A DNA stretch of 64,000 nt, from positions 6,262,001 through 6,326,000 of the forward strand of contig JAYWIR010000004.1 in the NCBI GenBank assembly GCA_036172245.1, in the 5' to 3' direction. A model generated the notes under the pieces. That model searched no databases. It saw only the letters and a list, made by a program, of their open reading frames with translations, and had not been told where the DNA came from. The position numbers were made by a program, and so were the translations under genes. The DNA comes from Raillietiella orientalis. Taxonomy: Eukaryota. This document shows positions 12,780 to 24,689 of this stretch, in pieces; position 1 is the first letter of the stretch; the number at the start of each line of letters is the position of its first letter.

Positions 12780-14330
12780 TAGTTGCGTGTCGTCGTACGG
12801 GAGTAAAAACACGCTCCTCGAGGATTCTAGAAGCTGATCTTCATGGTCTCGTAAGAACCACGTTGAACATTCCTGAAGCTTCAGAAACGTTCCGACAGCA
12901 TTCCTATATGTTCTGCTTTCTCTGCTTTTTGGAATTGTCATCCTTGAATTTTGGCTATTCGATGCTGCAGCACATACCAACTGACATACTAGGCATAATC
13001 ATGCACTTTTACACAAGAGATCTTGAGGTTTCCAAGTTGACTAGGAGCGTGGCGCTTTTCCTCTGAGCCAGAGAGCAATATTGATACTTTTTGCTACGGA
13101 GCTTCAAGCCGCACAAGGATGTGAGGCATGAAACTCGCACATCCTGATTCGTTTCTCCTTCCTTGGTGGGCGTTTTTTGGATCTTCGCTCAACTGGACGC
13201 TTTACCCCAAGGTAAAGCAGGTAATACAGCTTCTTTCAACATTCTTGAACCACGTTTTATTCAAAAGAAATGGCTACAAGGAATCTTTCCTTCCATTCGA
13301 AGTCCTTCCAAACAGGCTGGAAGTTTCCATTTGTTCGAAGGTTTCTTTCCTTGTTTTTTGCAAGCAGGCAAACAGGGATATGACTGCAGGATGCTCGCAC
13401 AATCGCGAATCCTGAATCCCTTCGTGAAGCTTTTGCACTCCCGCAGCATGCAGAGGATCTGTCTTCGCTCTGAGAGTCTTCTTTTTCCTTCTCTATGAAA
13501 GGCTGATGATCATCCATCTCGTCAGAACATCTTCTGGAGTCGAAGCAAATGAATCCATCAGGAAAAAAGAATAACGGCGAAAGCACATTTATCCTTCGAC
13601 GGGAAGTTTTTCTGATACCAGATGCTTCGTCCTTTGTAGTTCAGATGGAAGATGCATGAATTATCGGAGAATAAAGGCCTGAAAAAGTTCTGGTCTCCGG
13701 AAGTAAGCATGCAAAAGCAACCTCTGCGAGTGATAGGGAGGTCTGCTGTCGAAAGGGAACGAGAGTAAGATGATCTGTGGTCCGTAAAGATTCTTTCCGG
13801 AGAGGGAGAGTCTTCTAGTTTGAAGGATAAGAGTCTCTGTTTCTGAGAATCTTCACAAGAAGGATTAACAGACCCAGCCTTCTGGCTTTGGAATTTTAGA
13901 ACTAGAGGCTGTTGGACAGGCATCTGTTTTCCTCCAGACTTCTTCTGAAGATACTTCCATTCCAGAAGCTGCCTTGACACGGCTTGATTGAGACGTACAC
14001 AAAATCATGGAGCTGAGGTTTCTTCTGACCCTTCAAATCCTCAAGGTGCTCTGCTCTCCGCTATGCATCCAGATGATGAAAGATGCTTTAGGAAGCCATT
14101 CAATAAGGATTCATTCCATAAGAAAACTGCACGTTTCAAGGTTACGTCAGATTGTTTTCCAGTGTCTTGCGAATCGAATTCAAAGGAGAAATGGAACTTC
14201 CCTGAGTCCTTGAACGAGGAGCAGAACCTCAACAACTGGGGTGCATGGAAGCGCTCGAAGATGAACAAAAAGTTCATGTGGACACGTGCCAAGTTTCTTG
14301 CGGACTCCGTACAGGAAACTTCCTGCAAGG
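12780..14330 (-). mobile_element. DIRS1-like relic, RT plus RNase H
   Basis: SLLNGFLKHLSSSGCIAE (V-LL-KGAI-E), KKSGGKQMPV (KK-GG-RPV), SFKLE (FKME), STADL (SIDL), QNFFR (KFLR), EMDD (YLDD), SGFAIVRASCSHIP (LGF-IN-KS-L-P), VHDYA*YVSW (TDAS-GW), SVFLLPYDDT (V-L-DNT). Confidence 0.65.
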
Positions 14331-15029
14331 AAGTGGCTCCCCGTGTGCGTTTCCGCTCTCCAGAAGGAGAACAGATCTCTGTTTTCGTAGCTGCTTTCTT
14401 CTGCTCTCGCGTTTTGCCTCCATCGCGAGGTCTTGGTAAGCTCAGTTGCTTCGTTCAGCACGTGTATCTTGAAGACGTGCAGGAGACGTCGTCTTTCGCA
14501 TTTGGGGGATGCCGAAACTTCAGGATCTCTCTGGAAACTTCCCACTAAGCAACCAGGCAGGGGTGTACATTCCTTCCATCTTTCCCTTCACTTCTTTAAT
14601 GAGAAGACAAAAGTTTGCAGACCAACGTGCATTTTTTTCCGTCCTCCCTGCAGAGTAGCCTTGTTTGTAGCTATATGACGAACTTTTACTCCCCTTCCTC
14701 TTAAAACATCGGGCTGTAAACACGTGAGAAGGTGATGGCTGTCGTTCCCTGGGCGCGTCCCATGGCATCGCAAGAAATAAAATGTTCCCGACAAGTATGC
14801 TCAATAATTGCTGCTTCTTGTTGTAACTTTTTTCCCCGTTCGCAAAAATACTGTAACCTTCTTGACAGCGTAAGAATCCAGAGTTTTCCTTTTCGATTCA
14901 TGGATGTCGGCTTCTTTTCATTCCCAATAGAATTTGAGAAATGACGTACCTGAAGTATCAGGCTTCCAGGAAAAGCAACTCTGGGTTGATTAAACTCTCG
15001 TGTAGTGGTGGCTTTCCCTTCTCAGCCTC

Positions 15030-15800
15030 GAGTGCAGCAGCTTCGAAGCTCCTCCGGAAGTGACAAGTGAACACTTGTCTTGCTTTCTCCGCTGCTGCAG
15101 GCAGCGGAGAAACGGACATCAGGCAACGGACATCTTTGGTCGCTTCCTGCTTCTATCCAATGGAAAAACCCTGTACCATGATGATTTTGTAATCTTAAGC
15201 ACTCCTGCTTTTTGTGAGCCTCTCTTGAATATCTATTTGCTCGATGTCGAAGAGCTTCAGAGAGGAGGATCAGATCTGAGCACCTCCAGTGAGAGGTTTC
15301 AAGAATTCGTGGTTTCCAGAACGCTTCGGCACTCAACAGAAAGAGAGCAGGATGCAAAAGCATGCTCTGAAATTGATCAATTTGCTCTCAAGCTGCCTGG
15401 AAGTGTTCCGTGAAATTCCTCCCCTTGACTTTAGTATTCTTTCCTTACTCAGGAGATTCATTGCACTGAAGATGCGGAGGTATCCTTGACTTTCGTTTCC
15501 TTGTGCGAATGCCCCCGTCCTCTCCCTGGAGAGTTTCTCTGTAGCACGCGTTAATGGATTTCAGAGCGCTCCAGAAAGTGCCGAATTTGTGAGGTCCGTT
15601 CTTCAGGGAACGTCTCGCCGCCAGATTCACCCGTGATTTCGAGAGAGAAGTCCTGTGAGAAGAAAATCGCGTGTTCCATTTCCTCCCCGGAGTTGAGCAG
15701 ACGACAAAGAGACTGAGGTTTAGATTTGACACTGATGTAGAATAATTGCGAGATGATTCCACTGCGGTCGGGAGTGGTACACGAATGAAATCTTCCTTCG
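15030..15800 (+). mobile_element. DIRS1-like relic, end of methyltransferase-like domain plus start of YR
   Basis: LLLSNGKTLYHDDFVILSTPAF (LL-Q-HP-L-L-AW), SRTLRHSTEREQ (S-R-ST-Y), EIPPLDFSILSLLRRF (DP-SV-VL-F), ARFTRDFERE. Confidence 0.45.
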
Positions 15801-16522
15801 AATCGGGTGTGTGTTTTATTCTCGAGTTTTCTACACGAATCAAGCAGAGCTCGGAAATCCCCGGTTCATTCCCAATTGTTTATACTTCGAGGTGGGAATT
15901 CATTTTCCTTAGGAAAGCCTGACAACTCATAATTAGCGTTACCTGGGCACGTGCACGAGGTGATTTACATAGAAAGCGCATGCACGCCTCGTGCATTTCC
16001 ATCTTGGAAACCCTGCCCTTGATTAGGTGTTCTTTTCCTGCCACTGATTGCTCCCGTTCCTTCTAGCACGAGCTTCATCATTTGGTTCCACGTTGCCTGT
16101 GCTGAAAGGAAAAGATCTGTGTGCCTGAAAAGGGGAAAAATAAAAAGACACGGGCAGGCAGTCGCTGCGTTCCGCTGTTCTCCTGACTCGCCGCTTCGGG
16201 GTCGCTGCTGCGCTACGCACCGAGAGCCTCTCAACTGAATCCTTGCCTCCTCTTTCGCTCTCCACAGAGATTTAGCTGGAGGACTGGAAGTTTGAGCCAG
16301 AGGGCATACACGTTATCCATTCGCAGCACTACCAGGTTGTCTGCCTTACACCACGAGTCGGCTCCACGCGGTTTACGTGGCAAGGCTGCCTTCTGTGCAG
16401 GATTTCGAGATTTCCAGAGAATGCGAGTAACATTGATGCGCATGACATCTGTACTCATGACATCAGAAAAATGCAATGCAGTTTCCGGTAATCATGTAGG
16501 TCGCCTATAAAATGAATGAAAT

Positions 16523-16573
16523 GAAATGTACCAAGTCATGACATCAGAAAGATGTCATGGCTCGGTGCATTTC
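16523..16573. repeat. Inverted repeat, 23-bp arms with a 5-nt loop
   Basis: gaaatgtaccaagtcatgacatc-agaaa-gatgtcatggctcggtgcatttc. 20/23 complementary, and all three differences are transitions. Confidence 0.9.
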
Positions 16574-17199
16574 CGACTTTGAAATGCTTCCGTGTTTCAT
16601 CTGATGCCCATGTGCTCCAGGATCTCTCAAACTTTCCTCTATACAAGCACGTTACCAATAGCGTCCGGAAATACCGAGTGCATTAAATTTGTCCTCAGAG
16701 AGCTTGCTTTAGTCCATCGGTGGAATCTTGTCCTAAAAGGGATTTCCCAGTACCCATGATGACAGTCGTCACCCTGCAGCTAGAAGGAAGGGGAAGCAAA
16801 TGATAAGCGTGAATGAAACCGTAAGAGCCCCAAATCCTGTCCTGAACGCCCTCTGTTTCGCTGGCAATGTAGTGCATCATAGGTAACTGGGAAATAACGG
16901 AAGTTTATCCTCTACTCTTTGAACAAGGAAACGTGGAACCCTTCCCGCTCCTTGGGAAAGAAACTAGGAACGCATGATGCTAACACAACCTAACTCCCCA
17001 GGAACCTCCGTCGCACTGAGAACAACCAGACTTCCTCTTTCAAGTAATCTTAACTGCACTCGAACCCAGAAGATGCATGCATCCCCCCTTCGCGCTCGGA
17101 TGCCATTTCGTTATCAAGGTCAAGTCATTGATTGGCTTTTGGTTCCAAACCATGAAATGTAGCTGATGCTTCACTATGTTGGGATGCAATGCTTATGTT

Positions 17200-17800
17200 T
17201 GGTCACCGCAACTTCCATACGCCTGTCATTTTTTCGCCACGGAGATTCGACAAACGCATCGCAAGAGGAAATCTGAAAAATCTGTGTGCAGGACAAAAGA
17301 TCGGAAAATTTACGCAGGAACGCAGGACACATTCGAAGATCAATGAAAGTTAATGCAGGTAAAGTCAATAGGAAAACTTAGAAAGATGTCTTTATAGAGG
17401 TCTGCAAGGTGAAGGTGAAGGTAGAATGCCTTTAAGGTCTGCATTTGAGATTCTCAGAATTCTCGGAAGATTGTGCTGAATGGCCTTCTTGCAGGAAAGC
17501 AAAAAGCACAAAAGTTGAACAAAAGTGTGAAAGCGAGGTTGCAGGGTCGATGAGATCAACCGACGGGAATGACGGGGAGAAACAGGAAAAAAAAGAGATC
17601 TTTGTTTTCGTTCAAGAAGAATAAATATACACTCGCATCCCGGAAGCTCCAAGCGAGCACCGGAAACTGCAATTAGAATGTAAATGAAGTCTGGAGGATT
17701 CTCGTCGGACGGAATCAGTTTCGTGAAAGGAGCCGGTACCATCCAGCTTGAGGCGCGAAGCATACCGACTTGTTTGGCAAGCGGGACATGTGCTTAAGAG
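17200..17800 (-). mobile_element. DIRS1-like RT N-terminal relic
   Basis: LRASSWMV...IPSDENPP (GASPWV-I-F-PP), SLFFPV...RRLIS (S-LF-V-RLI-D), NADLKG (SIDLKD), LTFIDLRMCPAFLRK (LPFGL-AP-FTK). Confidence 0.5.
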
Positions 17801-18887
17801 AGCAGGAAGTGCAACTGGATCTCAGTGTGAAGCAGCTCTTCAGGGCCGCATAATGGAAGCAGTTGGAAAGGAAAACTATTTCTGGGTGTCTGCTTCTTAA
17901 AACGGCTCTGTAATGTGAAGGAACGCACCCCGTCTGCTCATGCTACTCACGTTTCTTGGAAAAGTACTTTAGCATGGAAAAAATTATAACTGCATTGCTA
18001 GTTAGCATGCTACAAGGAGTGGGAGTGGGTGTAAACTGCCACAAGTGCAGTTCTTTCTGTTCAAACTAAGAAGCTTTTGTTGGGAATCAAAGAGCCCTTT
18101 AGGCATCCAAAATCGTCTATAAATCCTTGACTTATGGTGCTTTTTGCATCTCATCCTTTTCGTTGAGATGACGCATCTTGCGAGTCCTATCAGTTTTCGG
18201 AGAGGAAACTAATAACTGGAGACCCAATATTGAGTGCATCTCCTCCCTTTCGCGACTGTCTTTAATAATGCTTTGTCTGCCTCTTAATCATAGCTGATAT
18301 AGATCTCGAGCGTTGTCCGTGCTAATTGTGCATAATGTTTCCTGTAATCATTCTTGAAGATTCCATATGCATTGGAGTTTTTCTTCTGAATGACTTGAGT
18401 CAAAAAAATGCTGCCGTCTGCAGATAGGAAATTCGACTTTTAACGTTCTTTTCCTTGCAGTTACCGTCTTGTTATCTGGGCAACGAGGTGTGGAAACTTT
18501 TCGATGAACATATAAAATTTCCAATACTTAAGCGTGTACTAATCGGTGACACCTGATCCTCCCGTTTTTATTATCTGATCCCGGTTTTCCTATGAGTAGA
18601 ATAGAACATCATTTTCCTAACCAAAGAATTATTCTCTCTAGGTCTTGAGGTGAAGCATTACAGCAATGCGCACATTGAAGTCATGTAAGCCCTATCTTAT
18701 ATGGATGCTTGTAACCTGATTTCTGAATGTCATGCTTTTTTCTACAGTTCCTTGGAAGCAAATTTAGTACTCCAATACATTCGTGATTACAGAAGAAACT
18801 TACAGCCTTCCATGAAAACAAAATTCTCGTTCAAATAAGCATCGAAAAATAACCGCCACGTGTTCTCATTATCGTGGAGCAAACGAT

Positions 18888-18907
18888 ATGAGTATTTAAA
18901 TACTCAT
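18888..18907. repeat. Perfect 20-bp palindrome atgagtatttaaatactcat
   Basis: The sequence is its own reverse complement, read directly. Confidence 0.9.
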
Positions 18908-21739
18908 TGTTTTCTTCATATTAATATCTCTCTATTTCCTTCTTCTATTTGATATTCTTGATTTTATTGGCACATCTGGATACCTCGGTACGCATGCTTT
19001 CCTTACAGAATTGAATCTGCTGTCTGCCCTGCTGCCTGGTTTCATGCTGGAAACATGACAGGCTCCAGCATGAAATCTGTTGCCATCGTTTGGAGGAGGA
19101 AGAACTGACCATGCATTTGCACACAAAAGCAAAAAGGATTCGTTACCACCAGTTAGCGCACACGAATTGAAACTTCATGTACAACTGATAGAACAGAAGA
19201 ATGTGTGTGTTTTTTCATTCACAGCTAAAAGGCCAACTTTCAGAAGCTTAGAAGATTTTGGTTACTACATGTACCAAGGGAAATTCATCAATTTTTATGC
19301 TTCATCTCATCCGAATTTAAAATCCCGGGTCCCATGGGAAGCGGAGCTGCGTTTCGATAGCACGGAATAATTGAATATAGCACCGAGCACCAACGCTCCA
19401 GTGCATTTAATGAAAGAGAAAAATGATTTCAACAAAACATGAAAATTATCGTCCACGTTTCTGAAAGAAAAATGACTACATCACGAAGTCAATTTGCCGT
19501 CCACCAGCTTACCTTTCTAAAGTGCGGCCGAAAGGAAATTCAAGGCTGTGCTCCGAATGAGTGATTCTGACCAGATTCAATGGGTTTCCCATTGCTCAAA
19601 CAGAGTGTTGCACGCGGAAGACACCTGGATGGGCGTCATTTCAAAGGACCAGTCTAGTTTTCTTCAGCTTCTGTCCTTTTTAATGAATAATTAGGATCTT
19701 AATGCTCTTAATCGTCAATACAAAAGAATAAAACTCTGAAACGCACGTTACCTTCAGTCCTCAGAGTGGGTCCTCAGGTATAAAATGAATACCTATCTGT
19801 GGAGAAAAACGAAGATTTTACACATTGGATCAGAATGATGACTCCTTACGTAAGGGAGAGGTCTATGAAACAATTGGATGAACAAAGAATAGGGCAACAA
19901 CCATCTGAAGAGCTTATCAGAAAAAGCAGACGTGTCTTGAAGAGAAAAGGGTTGTTTCAAACTACTTCTTATGATATCATTTTCAAAATCAGAAGTTCCA
20001 TGCTAAGAAGAGACGTTAATGACGGATGGAATCATGATTCAATCCAATATTCCAAGGTTTTGATGTTTTGATGCCCTGATTAAAGATGCGAGAGAATTTG
20101 AGAGGGAAGTTAAAAAGATGAGCTTTCTCGCTAAAAACAAAGTTTACCGATTCAAATGTGTACTTTTTAGTGATCTCTGTGCGTACTTCGAAATTGAGAA
20201 GAGTTCAGTGACAAGTTAACATCCACAGAATTTTCTGAATGTAGTGCGTATCCGCTAATACCAAGACCCAACAAACCATGGAAAACACCTTCAGGAAAAG
20301 AATGATGTCCAAAATAGAACTGTCTACGTCTCTAGTGATGATGTTTCTAGAAACGAAGCCAGTGTGTGAGGACATCCGAGAAAATCTCGGATGAGAGACA
20401 ACTTTGTATAATCGATGGTGGTATCTCCTGGAAAAGTGCTGCTAACTGTTTGTGTTTCAAAAATGCAAAGATTCGTTTTTTAAAGTATGTAGACAAAGAA
20501 AAAAATAAGCTAGTTTGAATCAGATGACTCATCCCTACAAAGAGTTGTATTCATTCCCTTGCCTTGCATTAGCTCGAGGTATTTGATCCTGCAATAAATA
20601 AAAGAATGAAGTATAATCATCATAATTGATGATCTGATGAAATTTATGAAGATTTCCATTATGTGATCGATTGAGAAGTGAGATCAGCATTGAGAACAAG
20701 ATGTGCATCCTGAAATCAGCCACATGCTTCTATTACAGGGGGCAGGTTTCATATGAAGTACATTACATAAGAAAGGAAGTCATTCCATCTTATCATGCAA
20801 TAATAAAGCTGATATCAACCAAAAGACCATCGAAAAAGAAAAAGGTATAATTGGGAAACCATGCCTACTCGCTACATGTCTAGACTGGAGTGCTTCCTTT
20901 TTTTTTTTTCACATAAATTACATATTTCTCACCATTGGCAACTATGAAACATATCGAGAAAAGAAATACTGAGATAAATGAGATGAGACCTGCTGAAGAA
21001 TGCAATCAATTGAAGATGAAATTGCGAGAAAATCAAGAGCATTCATCAAGTCCATACGAAGAACTGCGAACGCAGGGTTTAGCAACCTTCGTATCCAGTT
21101 TAATGGTGTGCAGAATAATATTTCTCATCATTGCACCTTAATGTTTTTTCTTTCTTCAGATTAACTAATTGAGTTCCTAGAGATTATGAGCTTTATACCG
21201 TTTCTAGAAAAGCTCATTCTCGAAAGAATTCCATCATGATTTTCGGCGGCGGAAGCTTTTTATATTGGATTTTTTTGTTTGCCACCTTAAATTACAGCTG
21301 TTAATTTCGGTATCAGAAAATTTATGGTTGCATGAATCGCAAGCGAAAGTGAGAACAGAAAGGATAACTCTTCACTGAGAAACACCTGGAAAAAAAGGGA
21401 AATAGCAATAGGAGCAGCTAGGCTACAGATTTATGGAAATTGATCAATACTGCTTCATTGAATTGCATATGACTTGCAATCTTTTGTGAAGACTTTGAAA
21501 AGACTTAGAAGCTCCTACATAATGAAACTTCTGAAAAAAAAAAAAAAAAAGAAAGAAATTCAGAGATCCAAAAGGAAAACTCCTGGTTGGGATTTCAAGT
21601 CATATCACTAATCTATCCAAAGGCTTCTTATATTTTTTGAAACAGTTCAAGAAATACCTTTCTGGTTGCATGCAACTCTGAGATTTACACGGAAATTTTG
21701 CTTTGGCGGGAGGAAATGCGTGATCAAGCATGACACTTT

Positions 21740-23000
21740 CTGGTGTCGCACCAGAAATTTTCAAGAGGAATTCATTCATTTCAACAAACTGTCTTTAGAT
21801 TTGCGGAGAGTTTTCTGAGCATCTGTCGTGGATTTTTGGCTGCTAAAGGGATTGAGCGCTCGGAATCGTCTACCACTGGTTGCTCATTCTATTTCCAATT
21901 TCCAACTTTCCATTTAGAAGATTCTACAAGGTTCCTTGTAGAGCTCATCGTATATGGTGAAAATGAATCACTCCGATGCTACCTTCGCATTCATTTGCTA
22001 TATTTTGGAGTCGAAGTTACATGCCTCAAAGATCTACTACATCTAAGATCAATCTTTCTTTTGTGAGAGTATCTGAAGTGTCATTTACCGAAGTTAGTGT
22101 CTATGAAAATATTTACTCAAGGCTTTTAGCCTTCTTCTCTACAATTTGAGTTTCCACTGCAAACTTTCCGGATGAGCTTTCCAGCTTTTCTTGAAAACTC
22201 ATCACTAGTAGTCCGAAATGCTGTCCGAAACGGATATGGAATCTCGTTTCCATAATCCTCGTTCTTGTTGCAGTATTAGATGGTTAGTGTGCTTCAATAA
22301 CAGGTTGAGGCAGAGTCCTCGATCTTTTCAGATGCAGCGGCTTGACGCTAACTCTTTCGAAGTTGACCACCCTAGGTCGTCTCCGTATTTCCTACAGATT
22401 TCCCTAAAAATTAAAGCAAAGTGTGAAGGACAGGATCGTAGATGCCTTTGCCTTTTCAAACGGTCGAATGGTTTTTTTATGTAATTTTCAATCGTTCAAT
22501 TACAAGGTTGCATTACAAGGAAGGAATCGAGAGAAATCTATGAGATTTCTTTCGATCTCCTGTTTCCTGTCTTTTATCTAATGCAATCAGTTGCATCCCC
22601 TTGACAAGTAATTGACGTCTATTAGTTCAATAGCTTCTTGAGCTGAGATCTAAACGAGAATAAGTTCCATATCTTTGTTCTGTGTGCTTTCTTTCTTCCT
22701 TCCTTCCTTTTTTTTTTTTTTTTTTAAGCAGAGACCGGAAAGAAAGTTTAGGGATCTCGGAAAATCAGCAAATTTCCTAGGATAATCTCGAGCCCTTCTG
22801 CGAAGTCAGCTAGTCCAAAAAGCTTGAGAACGTTATCACGAAGCTGGGTGATCCTGAATTCGTTCCGACACTTAGCTCGGAATGGCTGAAATTAGAGCGT
22901 TCCCGAAAGACCAATCTTCCGTGTGCTGATCTCATCTGGCAGTCGAATGTTCTGTGCAGCTTGTTTAGCTGCGGAACACGAAAATATTAATCAAGGGTTT
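21740..23000 (+). mobile_element. Probable DIRS1-like YR relic (interrupted)
   Basis: ICRGFLAAKGIERSESSTT...F (W-F-GI-S-F), LRIHLLYFGV, HPRSSPYFL (L-P-P-FL-K), ADLIWQS (W-S). The motifs are weak. Confidence 0.35.
22526..22556. repeat. Small inverted repeat, 14-bp arms with a 3-nt loop
   Basis: atcgagagaaatct-atg-agatttctttcgat, with one G-T pair. Confidence 0.8.
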
Positions 23001-24561
23001 ACTCCAGCAAGAGTTTTTCCTTGCTGCACTTCGAATCTTAAGGAAGTCCCTTCAGATCCATTTTAAGTTTCTGCCTTACCTTTGCTTTTTTCTGACCTTG
23101 ACGCCTCAACCATGTCGCGTAGAGCCAGTGTTTCCACGTGCACCTTGGCAGAGCTTTGCTTCGTTTTTTCTCCACCGTGGAGGGCTGCCCATCATCAGCA
23201 AGCTGATCGTCCCCTTTACTGCGTCCTATGCGACCACTGTTCCAATCCTTTCCTAAATGAACTTCTGCAGCTTGAACGGCTGTTTCTGCTTCACACGCGA
23301 CCATATCTTTCCAATCTGCTTGTAAGGAGGCCTGGAGGCCTGGCTGCTACTGCCCTCCGACACTTTTTCCTCCGGTTCCCTAAAAGCTCCTTGGTTATTA
23401 AGCGCGTACGTATTAGCTTAGTATCTATGGTTAGCTGCCTGCAATTTTGATCACATGACATTACACAATAATGTCGATTGTTGAGCACTCTTTTAAGAAT
23501 AAGATTTCAATGATGATGTCATCTTGCCTGCCGTGAGGTGTTTTTGCGTCTTCACGTCAGTGATGAGTATAATACATAGTGTGTCATTAAGGAACATTTT
23601 AGAAGGAAATCTCAGCGCTACAGAAATCCTGAATGCCTCCATGGTTACATCGTTTGATTAGGAGGTCTGCTAAGATCCCCATTTTCTTCTCATTGTTTGC
23701 TTCAATGCTTTCAGAAGATTGCTACTTACATCACCCACACTTCCATATCAGTGTCATTCCATCTTAGTCATCAGCTGTTGACAACATCAATCATTTGCCA
23801 TCCTCCACAAGTATTTCTCAAACCACAATTTAATCTCTTTAACGACAATCGTTAAAGAAAGCACAAAGCTGTTTCATGATTTTTGTAAAACTCTTGGAGA
23901 AACCCAAAGCAATCTCTTTGTAAACTTGAAAACTTTATTTTAAAAAAGCTCATAAAATTTCATAAAATTAACGAACGGCTTTTGAACTGTGAAATTTTGC
24001 ATGGATACCTCCACATGAGGCGAGTTTTTTGTTTTTCTTTTAGGTCTCTTTTAGGCCATTTCCCAATTCTCTCCCCATCCCTCTGAAATCATGAATGTTT
24101 ATTCAAATCATGAAAGCACCTTACCACCCGTAAGTGTCTTCATCGGTTGATCAAATCGCTTTTGCTTCCGGCCTCATTGCTTTCGAGCTTTGCACGTGGA
24201 ATGCACTTGTTGCTCAGACTGGCCGTCACTGTGGCGAGATGAAGCTGCAACGGAGTTCGGGAATACCCGGTGAATCCATTGTGCAGTCGCCTCTTGCCTC
24301 TCATCAAAACACGAGTGCTACCACTAACGGTGACCAAACATCGGCCTCACGTGATCGCCGACAGAACGGCGAGCATTTAAACGCACTGCAGAAGATCAGA
24401 GCGCAAATGCCCACGCTTTGAGTGGGTGTTTTTTTGTTTCTTGTTTTGCAAATGAGCGAGCTTTCATATGAAACGTCCTCACGTTGAGCTAGCGCCACGA
24501 TCAGCCATTTGATGCAACGGATACCATTACATATCTGTTAAGCTGTGTTACGTCCTTCCAG

Positions 24562-24689
24562 ATCCAATCATATTCATCCCCGGAGCTCCTGAGTTTTATT
24601 TCGAGGAAATGAGCACCATAAACCTGACCTGCATTGTGCGGAACTCGGCGAAATCAGACGGTCTCTTGCTATGGTTTCACAACGACGAT
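24562..24689 (+). CDS. dpr: dpr-family IgSF protein, exon encoding the first half of Ig2
   Basis: Acceptor gtccttccag|AT and donor GAT|gtaaga. With the phase-1 G from the previous exon it reads DPIIFIPGAPEFYFEEMSTINLTCIVRNSAKSDGLLLWFHNDD, matching the Dpr Ig2 motif P-I-G-P-(G)STINLTC-W-HN. 128 nt, phase 0 out. Confidence 0.93.
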
